The notes under the pieces were generated by a model. It worked only from the letters and a program-made list of their open reading frames with translations, had not been told where the DNA came from and made no database searches. From positions 1 to 33,655 of IMG/VR virus record IMGVR_UViG_3300011116_000906: a stretch of 33,655 nucleotides of DNA; one strand, written 5' to 3'. The translations under genes were made by a program, and so were the position numbers. Shown here piece after piece: positions 1 through 8,289 of this stretch; positions within the stretch are counted from its first letter, which is position 1; each line of letters begins with the position of its first letter. Source of the stretch: a virus. Lineage: Duplodnaviria > Caudoviricetes.

Positions 1-127
1 AGGTTACCCAAAATCGTTTGGTGTATATAAAATTATTACATCACATACATTTTTCCATTTTCAACAAATACCATTTTTTTCCATTAAAACAGCAAAAAAA
101 ATAAGTACAAATGTACTTAATGTGTAT
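1..127. repeat. Terminal direct repeat, left copy (circular assembly overlap)
   Basis: 1-127 is identical to 33529-33655; 127 is a common assembler k-mer size. Confidence 0.95.
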
Positions 128-133
128 GTAAAA

Positions 134-170
134 TCCCTTTCCCCTCCCTTAGAATCCCTCCCCTATCCCT
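134..170. repeat. Homopyrimidine mirror repeat with six C tracts
   Basis: TCCCTTTCCCCTCCCT-tagaa-TCCCTCCCCTATCCCT; arms are 15/16 mirror-identical. Confidence 0.8.
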
Positions 171-177
171 AAACGTA

Positions 178-219
178 TTTGAACTTAATCATTTGAACTT
201 AATCTTTTGAACTTATTCT
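178..219. repeat. 3 x 14-bp tandem repeat TTTGAACTTAWTCW
   Basis: tttgaacttaatca / tttgaacttaatct / tttgaacttattct. Confidence 0.9.
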
Positions 220-317
220 TTAAGTATTTAAAATACTAAATACATTCGACATCAATACCATCGTTTCCTTCTAATAAAAGTTATAAAGTTGTGACAAATT
301 TGTGAACATTATGAACA

Positions 318-346
318 TTGTAAAATAAATTGATAGAGAGTAAAAT
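318..346 (+). promoter_or_regulatory. SigA-like promoter for the late operon
   Basis: TTGTAA-17 bp-TAAAAT upstream of the terL RBS (GAGGTG). Confidence 0.55.
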
Positions 347-401
347 GAAGTAGGGACACTTCCCAAAAATTTTTCCCAAAAAACCTTTTAGAGGTGAATA
401 A

Positions 402-1781
402 ATGCAAATTAAAATAAATCCATATCCAAGACAAATCGAGTTCTTTAAGTCAAAAGCTCGCTACATCGCTTACGGAGGTGCAAGAGGAGGCGGAAAGAGT
501 TGGGCAGCACGTATGAAGGCTGTATTACTTGCAACGCGTTACGAAGGCATACAGATACTTCTATTAAGACGTAGTTTAAAAGAGTTACGTGAAAACCATG
601 TACTCCCGCTTCAGAAAATGTTAAAAGATATTGCACATTTTTCAGAGATGAACAAAGAGTTTTCCTTTCCTAGTGGTTCGCGTATTGTTCTTGGTTACTG
701 TTCAACAGAGTCAGATGTACTTCAGTATCAAGGACAAGCATATGACGTCATATTTCTTGAAGAAGCCACACAATTTACAGAACTACAGTTCAGAACATTT
801 ACAGAATCTAATCGTTCTAGCGGTCTTATGAAAGAAAAATTTTCCCCACGTATGTATTTTACCTGCAATCCAGGCGGAGTTGGTCATAATTGGGTAAAAA
901 GATTGTTTATTGATAAGACTTATTTTGAAAAAGAGAAAGCAGAGAACTATCATTTCATCAAATCTACTGTGTATGACAACAAATACCTTATGACTAATAA
1001 CCCTGAATACGTAGAAAACCTTGAAAACCTACCAGATGCACGTAGAAAAGCTATGTTATATGGAGATTGGGATGCATTTGAAGGTCAATACTTTGAAGAA
1101 TTTAACAAAGAAATACATGTTATCGAACCTTTTGATATACCGGAATATTGGGATAAGTATGTAACCATGGACTATGGTTTAGATATGTTAGCTGTGTACT
1201 GGATTGCCATGGATAATGAAGGAAATGCGTTTGTTTATCGTGAATTTTGTGAACCTAATCTTATTATCAGTGATGCAGCAAAACGAATCTTATCTTTAAC
1301 TAAAGAAAAAATAAAAGTATTTTATGCACCTCCTGACCTTTGGAATAGAAGACAGGATACAGGAAAGAGTGCAGCGGAAGTATTCCAAGAGAATGGCATA
1401 TTCTTAAACAAATCTAATAACGATAGAGTACAAGGATGGTATAACGTAAAAGAATGGATTCAAGTGTACAAAACTAAGGATTCACAAACAGGTGTAGATG
1501 TCAATAGTACACGCTTGAAAATTTGGAAAAATTGTGTTATACTCATCAAGAATATTCCATTGCTACAACACGATGATAAACGTATAAATGACGTATCAAA
1601 TGACCCTCATGAAATAACACATAGCCCAGATGCATTACGTTACTTTTGTACGATGCGTACACCACCTTCTAAAAAGAATGATGTTGTAGTTCCAAAAGGA
1701 ATTTTTAAAAGCGAACGTAATCGCAACGAAGGAAATAGCGATTATAAAATACATGATACTTATTTAAAATACGGATGGTGA
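402..1781 (+). CDS. terL: Terminase large subunit
   Basis: Walker A YGGARGGGKS, Walker B IFLEEA, TCNPGG coupling motif, RNase H-like nuclease with MDYG and HSPDALRY. Confidence 0.97.
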   Translation: MQIKINPYPRQIEFFKSKARYIAYGGARGGGKSWAARMKAVLLATRYEGIQILLLRRSLKELRENHVLPLQKMLKDIAHFSEMNKEFSFPSGSRIVLGYCSTESDVLQYQGQAYDVIFLEEATQFTELQFRTFTESNRSSGLMKEKFSPRMYFTCNPGGVGHNWVKRLFIDKTYFEKEKAENYHFIKSTVYDNKYLMTNNPEYVENLENLPDARRKAMLYGDWDAFEGQYFEEFNKEIHVIEPFDIPEYWDKYVTMDYGLDMLAVYWIAMDNEGNAFVYREFCEPNLIISDAAKRILSLTKEKIKVFYAPPDLWNRRQDTGKSAAEVFQENGIFLNKSNNDRVQGWYNVKEWIQVYKTKDSQTGVDVNSTRLKIWKNCVILIKNIPLLQHDDKRINDVSNDPHEITHSPDALRYFCTMRTPPSKKNDVVVPKGIFKSERNRNEGNSDYKIHDTYLKYGW

Positions 1782-1784
1782 ACA

Positions 1785-2018
1785 ATGGAAGTACTTCTTA
1801 TTATTTTATTAACAATCTCATTAGCTTTTTTACCTATTATGTATAGATTAGGATTAAAAGATGGATTAGATTTAAATAAAGGAAAAGAAATACAACCAAT
1901 CGTAAACTTACCTAAAACCGAACCTATTAAACAAGAAAAAAATAGAGAAGATTTTATAACAGAAGGACTTAATAACCTCATGACGTATGATGGAAGTCCT
2001 ACGCCAAAAAAGGAGTAA
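1785..2018 (+). CDS. Small protein with N-terminal membrane anchor
   Basis: Hydrophobic N-terminus; tightly packed between terL and portal. Confidence 0.75.
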   Translation: MEVLLIILLTISLAFLPIMYRLGLKDGLDLNKGKEIQPIVNLPKTEPIKQEKNREDFITEGLNNLMTYDGSPTPKKE

Positions 2019-2021
2019 TAG

Positions 2022-3746
2022 ATGGCTAAAAATAATCCTCCTTCTTACAACACAAAAGAAACAGATGAATGGAAACAGTATCAGGCAGGAATCGATTACA
2101 ACCACAAAATTAATCTATATGAAACAGTAAATAAGAACGAAAGATTTTATGCAGGTGACCAGTGGAACGGAGTTGTTTCTAACGGACTTCCCACACCTGT
2201 TTTTAACATATTAAAAAGAATTATTAATTACTTCGTTTCTGCAATTTTAAGTCAGAATACTACACTACATTTTGTTCCAGAAGCTGTTTCTAGTGATACA
2301 CCAGAAGAAGAAGAACGTTTAAAAAAAGCAGCTCAACTTCTAAGTGATTATTCAGCAACACTCTGGGAAAAAAATAAAATGAATTCAAAACTACGTCAAT
2401 GGCTTTTAGACTCTGCAATCAGCGGAGATGGATGCGGATATGTTTGGTGGAACTCCAAAATAGATGCAGGACAAATGGCTAAAGGTGATATTGATGTAGA
2501 TTCAATTGACAATGTAAATGTATTTTTTGGTGACCCAAATGAAAAAGATGTACAAAAACAACGTTATATTATCATTTCTGCTAGAGAATTAGTTGCTAAT
2601 TTACAAGATGAAGCACGTGCGAACGGCATGCCAGAAGATGAAGTTTTAAAAATCGGAAGCGATGAAGAAACTTTTTATCAATCTGGAGACCGTTCTCAAG
2701 TACAACTTGATTATAAATTTGATGGTTTTGGTAAAACTACATCTTTATTAAAACTTTATCGTAAAGACGGAAAAATTTTTGCTAAAAAAATTACGAAGTT
2801 CACCACGATTCGAAACGAGTGGGACACAAAACTTACTCTTTACCCTGTTACTTGGATGAATTGGGATGTACGAAAGAATTCTTACCATGGACAAGCTCTC
2901 GTTACAGGAATTATTCCCAATCAAATCTTTATAAATAAAATGTTTGCAATGTCAATGATGTCACTCATGCATACTGCGTTTCCAAAGGTTATCTATAATA
3001 AGAACATGATTACTGCATGGAATAACCAAATCGGTGCAGCAATTGGAATTGAACGCATGGGTAATGAAAGTGTTGGAAATGTAGCACAGTATTTAAATCC
3101 AGGTGTTATGTCTGGACAAGTAATGCAAACAATTGACCTAGCCATTAACTATACCAAGGATATGTTAGGTGCAAGTGATAATTTACTTGGAGATATTAAT
3201 CCTGAACGTGCATCAGGTCGTTCTATTATTGCAGTTCAACAAGCTGCTGCAGTACCACTTGAAAACATTAAACAACATATGTATCAATTTTTAGAAGATA
3301 TGGGATATATTTGGTTAGACTACATGGCTAACTATTATGGAACAAGAAAAATTGATGCAGAAATTATGGGTAAACATCAAGTAATTGAATTTAACTTTGA
3401 TGATTTACAAAAAATGAAATTTAGAATTAAAGTAGAAGTTGGTGCATCTTCTTACTGGTCTGAACTCGCTTCGATTGAAACATTAGATAGATTACTACAA
3501 CAACAAGCAATTTCATTCAAACAGTATTTAGAAAGAATTCCTGTTGGATTGATTGCACAGAAACAATCACTTCTAGAAGATATTAAAGGACAGGACATCA
3601 AACAACAGTTTATATATGAGCAGATGGCTAGATTTGTTGAAGGTTTACCACCAGAACAACAACAACAAATTCAACAACTTCCACCTGATGAGCAAGAAAA
3701 ACAAGTCATGCAAATGATGATGCAACCACAAGGAGGTGGAATGTAA
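2022..3746 (+). CDS. Portal protein (P22-like)
   Basis: 574 aa after TerL; FYAGDQW, N-I-I-N and SGRSI motifs typical of podoviral portals; Q-rich tail. Confidence 0.9.
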   Translation: MAKNNPPSYNTKETDEWKQYQAGIDYNHKINLYETVNKNERFYAGDQWNGVVSNGLPTPVFNILKRIINYFVSAILSQNTTLHFVPEAVSSDTPEEEERLKKAAQLLSDYSATLWEKNKMNSKLRQWLLDSAISGDGCGYVWWNSKIDAGQMAKGDIDVDSIDNVNVFFGDPNEKDVQKQRYIIISARELVANLQDEARANGMPEDEVLKIGSDEETFYQSGDRSQVQLDYKFDGFGKTTSLLKLYRKDGKIFAKKITKFTTIRNEWDTKLTLYPVTWMNWDVRKNSYHGQALVTGIIPNQIFINKMFAMSMMSLMHTAFPKVIYNKNMITAWNNQIGAAIGIERMGNESVGNVAQYLNPGVMSGQVMQTIDLAINYTKDMLGASDNLLGDINPERASGRSIIAVQQAAAVPLENIKQHMYQFLEDMGYIWLDYMANYYGTRKIDAEIMGKHQVIEFNFDDLQKMKFRIKVEVGASSYWSELASIETLDRLLQQQAISFKQYLERIPVGLIAQKQSLLEDIKGQDIKQQFIYEQMARFVEGLPPEQQQQIQQLPPDEQEKQVMQMMMQPQGGGM

Positions 3747-3877
3747 TGAAAGGTAAAAATAAAATTGGTATGATGATGGCAGTAATGATGGGAAAAAAAG
3801 CAACAAAAATGGCAGCACCTAAAGCAACAGCACCTAAAGCTGTTTACAAAAAAACAACAGTTAAAAAGATGAAGTAA
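3746..3877 (+). CDS. 43-aa Lys/Ala/Met-rich basic peptide (not in the ORF track)
   Basis: MKGKNKIGMMMAVMMGKKATKMAAPKATAPKAVYKKTTVKKMK; TAATG overlap with portal stop and AGGAGGT RBS. Confidence 0.8.
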   Translation: MKGKNKIGMMMAVMMGKKATKMAAPKATAPKAVYKKTTVKKMK

Positions 3878-3913
3878 ACTATCTTGCTCACCATAGCAAA
3901 GGAGATATTATAT

Positions 3914-4651
3914 ATGGATGACAACCAAATCATCGAAACAGTAGTAACTGAACCACAATCTGAACAGATAGATGTTCAAGATAATGTTCAGGATAATGTA
4001 CAGGATTTCTTAGAAATCAAGTACAACAAAGAACAAATTCGACTTGATAAAGAAAAAGCCATAGAACTTGCACAAAAAGGCATGAACTATGAAAAAGCAG
4101 TAGAACGTGCTAAACAAGAAGCACGAGATTCATATATTGCTGAACAAGGTTATGAATGGAATGGTAGACCCATTACAACAGAATCTGAATATAGAGAAGC
4201 CTTGCGTGAACAAGAACTTATGGAACAATATCAAAGTCAAGATGTTCCGGAAGAAGTAATTCAAGAATTAATTGAAAACAAAAAGTTTAGAGAAAAATAT
4301 GAAAGTGAAAGACAACAACAAGAATTACAAACAAAACAACAAATGGATTTCCAAAACTTTCTAGAAGCATATCCAGATGTCAAACCAGATTCCATACCAG
4401 TTGATGTATGGCAAGAAGTTGAACAAGGTAAAAGCCTAGTAGATGCTTATATGAAATATGAAAATAGATTATTAAAACAAAAACTAAATATTGAACAAAA
4501 GAATCAAGAGAATGCAGGTGCATCGATTGGTTCAATTAAATCAGACGGTAGTTCATCTACTTTCTTTACAAAAGAACAAGTTTCCAAAATGTCTACAAAA
4601 GAAGTAAATGAAAATTGGAAAGCTATTAATGAATCTATGAAAAAATGGTAA
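3914..4651 (+). CDS. Capsid scaffolding protein
   Basis: Acidic coiled-coil protein immediately before capsid gene; AAGGAG RBS favours ATG at 3914. Confidence 0.8.
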   Translation: MDDNQIIETVVTEPQSEQIDVQDNVQDNVQDFLEIKYNKEQIRLDKEKAIELAQKGMNYEKAVERAKQEARDSYIAEQGYEWNGRPITTESEYREALREQELMEQYQSQDVPEEVIQELIENKKFREKYESERQQQELQTKQQMDFQNFLEAYPDVKPDSIPVDVWQEVEQGKSLVDAYMKYENRLLKQKLNIEQKNQENAGASIGSIKSDGSSSTFFTKEQVSKMSTKEVNENWKAINESMKKW

Positions 4652-4665
4652 AGGAGAACATATAA

Positions 4666-5502
4666 ATGACTATTTCAAATTTTATTCCTCAAATATGGTC
4701 TACAAAAATTCTACGTACACTAGAAGATAATCTAGTTGGTAAGCGTATTTGTACATTAAGTGCAGAAGGTGACATCAAAAAATTTGGTGATACTGTAATT
4801 TTTAATGGTCTTGCAGACCCAACAATCAGTTCTTATACTGGTGCATCAATTTCTTATGAAAATCTTCAAGATGCTTCAATTGTTTTACAAATTAATCAAC
4901 AAGATTATTTTGCATTTAAAATTGGAGATATTGAAAAAGCACAAGCAATTGTAGATGCAAAAGGTAGTCAAGCTGACCGAGCAGCTTATAAACTTCAACA
5001 AGCAGCTGACACTTATATCATGGGATTACATGGTCAAGCAGCTCTAACTTCAAGTGCTAGTGTTACTTCTGTAAATGTATTTTCAACTATAGGTGCAATT
5101 CAACAATCTCTTGCACAAGTTAACGTATCAGATGCTGATATGTGGATGGTTATTCCTCCGTGGGTACGTTTAAAATTAGAACTTGCAGGTGTAAGATTCC
5201 AAGTTAACAATGGAACAAACGGAACAGGTGGTATGGCTTGGACAGATGCTTTAGGATTTGATATCTACGTAACTAACCAAGTTGTTAATACTGGAAGTGT
5301 ATCTGTTCCTGTTTCTAAAGTAATGGCAGGTTCTTATAATTCTATTGCATTTGCTTCACAAATTCTTGAAACTGAAGCTATGCGTCTTGAATCAACTTTT
5401 GATACTGGTGTTCGTGGTCTACACGTATATGGTGCAAGAGTAATTCAACCAAATCTTCTTCACACAGCAACATTAACATTCTCTGCTGAATCAACAATTT
5501 AA
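4666..5502 (+). CDS. Major capsid protein (P22 coat-like)
   Basis: NFIPQIWS N-terminus, GDTV and RGLHVYGARVI motifs; position after scaffold. Confidence 0.92.
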   Translation: MTISNFIPQIWSTKILRTLEDNLVGKRICTLSAEGDIKKFGDTVIFNGLADPTISSYTGASISYENLQDASIVLQINQQDYFAFKIGDIEKAQAIVDAKGSQADRAAYKLQQAADTYIMGLHGQAALTSSASVTSVNVFSTIGAIQQSLAQVNVSDADMWMVIPPWVRLKLELAGVRFQVNNGTNGTGGMAWTDALGFDIYVTNQVVNTGSVSVPVSKVMAGSYNSIAFASQILETEAMRLESTFDTGVRGLHVYGARVIQPNLLHTATLTFSAESTI

Positions 5503-5520
5503 TAAAGGAGGAACTTTATA

Positions 5521-5901
5521 ATGGCAAACGTAGCAGGAACAGTAATATCAACATATAGTACATTAACCAGCCCAGCAACTGTAGCGGGTTTAGCACTCGG
5601 AACAAACACATCGTTTGTTACTTTAGCTGCAGGTAATCATACAATTACACCTTCTGCAACTGGAGTATATACAAGAAGCGTTTTAATTATCGCTTCTGTT
5701 ACATCAGGTGCTACAGTAACAGTTTCCGCAGGAACTTTCTGGGGAAGCAGAAGTCTAGATTTAGGAACACTTGGTGCAAACCAATGTTATGCAATTGTTT
5801 TTGAAGGTGCAGGAGTAGGTAGTGTTTCAGCAGGTGCACAAGTAATTAATATTACTGTTGGTGCACAAACAGTAGGGGCTTTATTCTTAGAATTACCATA
5901 A
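5521..5901 (+). CDS. Putative capsid decoration protein
   Basis: Small A/G/T/V-rich beta protein after capsid gene and before a terminator; strong RBS. Confidence 0.6.
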   Translation: MANVAGTVISTYSTLTSPATVAGLALGTNTSFVTLAAGNHTITPSATGVYTRSVLIIASVTSGATVTVSAGTFWGSRSLDLGTLGANQCYAIVFEGAGVGSVSAGAQVINITVGAQTVGALFLELP

Positions 5902-5904
5902 TAA

Positions 5905-5934
5905 ATAATGGGGGCTTAATTGCCCCCTTATTTT
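5905..5934 (+). terminator. Intrinsic terminator after capsid genes
   Basis: GGGGGC-ttaatt-GCCCCC followed by TTATTTT. Confidence 0.8.
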
Positions 5935-5950
5935 AAATTAAGGGGTAAAC

Positions 5951-6190
5951 ATGAAATATAAAGGCGAACCTAATCTTTTAGTTACTTTTAAAAAACCAAT
6001 AGGAACAATTAAATATATTAAATTTGACAATGACGGTTATTATATAACTGATAATGAATATATAATTAAAAAATTATCACAACATTTTCCTATAGAATCA
6101 AATTATAAATGTAAATTTTGTAATAAAGAATTTGATAATAAAGGAAATTTATTAGTACATTATAGAGGAGAGAAATGTAATGGCTTATAA
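5951..6190 (+). CDS. Small protein with C2H2-like zinc finger
   Basis: YKCKFCNKEFDNKGNLLVHYRGEKC. Confidence 0.75.
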   Translation: MKYKGEPNLLVTFKKPIGTIKYIKFDNDGYYITDNEYIIKKLSQHFPIESNYKCKFCNKEFDNKGNLLVHYRGEKCNGL

Positions 6191-6536
6191 TTCAGAAATG
6201 ATGCTATTAAAAACAACAGCAACTATTGCGAGTGGTGCTTCTTTATCAGGAACTATAGACTTAGGAAGTAAGACATTAGTTGCTATTGAACTTCCATCAT
6301 CTTGGACTGCAGCAAATATAACTTTACAAGCAAGCAGTGACAATTCCACATTTAATAACGTATATGATATTAATGGTGGAGAAGTAACAATAACAGCGGC
6401 AGCTTCCAGATACATTGTTGTTTCACCTATAGATTTTGTATCTTTCCGTTATTTAAAATTAAGAAGCGGTACTTCTGGTACTCCTGTAAACCAAGGTGCT
6501 AGTAGAACTATTAACCTCATATATCGAGGTGTATAA
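6180..6536 (+). CDS. Putative virion structural protein
   Basis: Beta-rich 118-aa protein in the structural operon; GAGGAG RBS. Confidence 0.7.
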   Translation: MAYNSEMMLLKTTATIASGASLSGTIDLGSKTLVAIELPSSWTAANITLQASSDNSTFNNVYDINGGEVTITAAASRYIVVSPIDFVSFRYLKLRSGTSGTPVNQGASRTINLIYRGV

Positions 6537-6537
6537 T

Positions 6538-7329
6538 ATGGGATTGTTGCTTTTTGGTGGTAATAATTTTAATCCAAAAAAAATAACTAATTTAAAGTTA
6601 TGGTTTGATGCGAATAAAATTAATCAATCAAATGATACATCTGTTTCAACATGGTCAGATTTAAGTGGAAATTCTTGGAATGCAACTCAATCTTCAGCAT
6701 CAATTCAACCAACTTTTAAAAAATCAGAAGCTAATTTCAATAATAAATCTTGCTTATTTTTTGATGGTGCAGATTATCTTTTAGTTGACGAAGCATCAAA
6801 AAGTATTTTAAATAATGCCACTGGATGTACAATTTTTACAGTTGCTAATCCAACAAATACTGCTATACTCAATTCAACACTTTTTAAAATGGATATTGGA
6901 GGAACTGGGTCAATTCGTGTTGCACTTAGAAAAACTAACACTAATCTTAGATTGACTGGTCGTATTAAAGATGCAGACGTAACTATTAATGTAACTGGTT
7001 CGACTTCTTTAACAACAGATAGAGCTATAGTTTTGCATGGTACTTGGGACGTAAATGCAGAAAATCCAGTTACTGCTGGCACACCAGTTATGCGTCAATA
7101 TATTAACAATGTACAAAATGCTACTGCAAATTTAACATTAGCTTCCAAAGGAAATTTTAGTTCAACAGATTCATTTGCTCCACATTCAATTGGTGCTAAT
7201 GCTGATACAGTAAGCGGTGCATCATTTATCACTGGATATATCGGAGAAGTTATTGTGTATAATCGTTTGTTAAATATAGCAGAACAAACCTTAATTTATA
7301 ATTATCTAAAAAGTAAATGGGGTATTTAA
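6538..7329 (+). CDS. LamG/concanavalin-like virion protein
   Basis: LKLWFDA...WSDLSGN...FDGAD...GYIGEVIVYNRLL...YLKSKW pattern; GAGGTG RBS favours ATG at 6538. Confidence 0.75.
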   Translation: MGLLLFGGNNFNPKKITNLKLWFDANKINQSNDTSVSTWSDLSGNSWNATQSSASIQPTFKKSEANFNNKSCLFFDGADYLLVDEASKSILNNATGCTIFTVANPTNTAILNSTLFKMDIGGTGSIRVALRKTNTNLRLTGRIKDADVTINVTGSTSLTTDRAIVLHGTWDVNAENPVTAGTPVMRQYINNVQNATANLTLASKGNFSSTDSFAPHSIGANADTVSGASFITGYIGEVIVYNRLLNIAEQTLIYNYLKSKWGI

Positions 7330-8289
7330 ATGTCTACTACAGTAGAACAAGTATTTAATATTACCATGGATTTAATAGACCAACGAAATGACTTAGGCAC
7401 ATTAACCGAAACAGATATTGTTGGTTACCGAGTTAAAACATTTAACATATTGAATTTATTACAAGCAGAACTTTTAAAACAAGGTGATGTTTTTTCAACA
7501 TATGAAATTTCTAATAAACCAATAGAAAATAAACTTGGTTATAATTCAGGTTTTACAGTAGAAGAATTTACAGGAACGGATGTTACCTATGAAACGAATT
7601 CTTCTATTAAAGCCTATTACTTTGAAGCAGACAATATTGGAACAGTTTATATTGAAGATTACACAGGTTCATGGAATACACTTGCAACCATTACAACCAC
7701 TTCAACTACAAGTGGTTTCTTGCCATATAAAGGTATTGTCACACCTACATTAGGTGCAACAAGTTCACGCATTCGTTTTAGTGGAACTAATTACTATAGA
7801 AATGTAAATCGTGCTTTATTTAATGTACCCTTCTTATCATCAAGTAATGTTCCAGATTATCGACCATGGATTAAAAAAGAAATGCCTTCTGATTTTAAAG
7901 GTATTGACCAAATAGTAAATGAATATGTGGATTTAGCAAATGGAACATATCGCCAATATACTAAAGAAGCAGATTATAAATGGGAAGGTAGAAATAAACT
8001 TTACATTAATTATTTTTTTGAAGGTAACATTAGAATTGTTTATTATCCTGTACCAACACTGCTTACATTTACAGGAAGCGGTTCTTCCGACTTATCTCAA
8101 ACATTAAGTGTAGATGATATTACAGCAAGAACGATATTGCCATACGGACTTGCAGCACATTTAATGATGACTGAAAATTCTGCATCTGCTTCTTTTTTCA
8201 ATCAAAGATTTGAAGAATTAAAATTCTCAAGTACTAGACAACAAGCGTCTAGTAGTGAACAGATATTAAACGTGTATGGAGGTTTTTAA
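7330..8289 (+). CDS. Head-tail adaptor / tail tubular protein A-like
   Basis: Helical N- and C-termini (LPYGLAAHL); position before the large beta-rich tail protein. Confidence 0.65.
   Translation: MSTTVEQVFNITMDLIDQRNDLGTLTETDIVGYRVKTFNILNLLQAELLKQGDVFSTYEISNKPIENKLGYNSGFTVEEFTGTDVTYETNSSIKAYYFEADNIGTVYIEDYTGSWNTLATITTTSTTSGFLPYKGIVTPTLGATSSRIRFSGTNYYRNVNRALFNVPFLSSSNVPDYRPWIKKEMPSDFKGIDQIVNEYVDLANGTYRQYTKEADYKWEGRNKLYINYFFEGNIRIVYYPVPTLLTFTGSGSSDLSQTLSVDDITARTILPYGLAAHLMMTENSASASFFNQRFEELKFSSTRQQASSSEQILNVYGGF

Noticed and set aside
3971-4006. 12-bp repeat encoding DVQDNVQDNVQD in the scaffold
   Set aside because: Ordinary low-complexity expansion in a disordered scaffold N-terminus.
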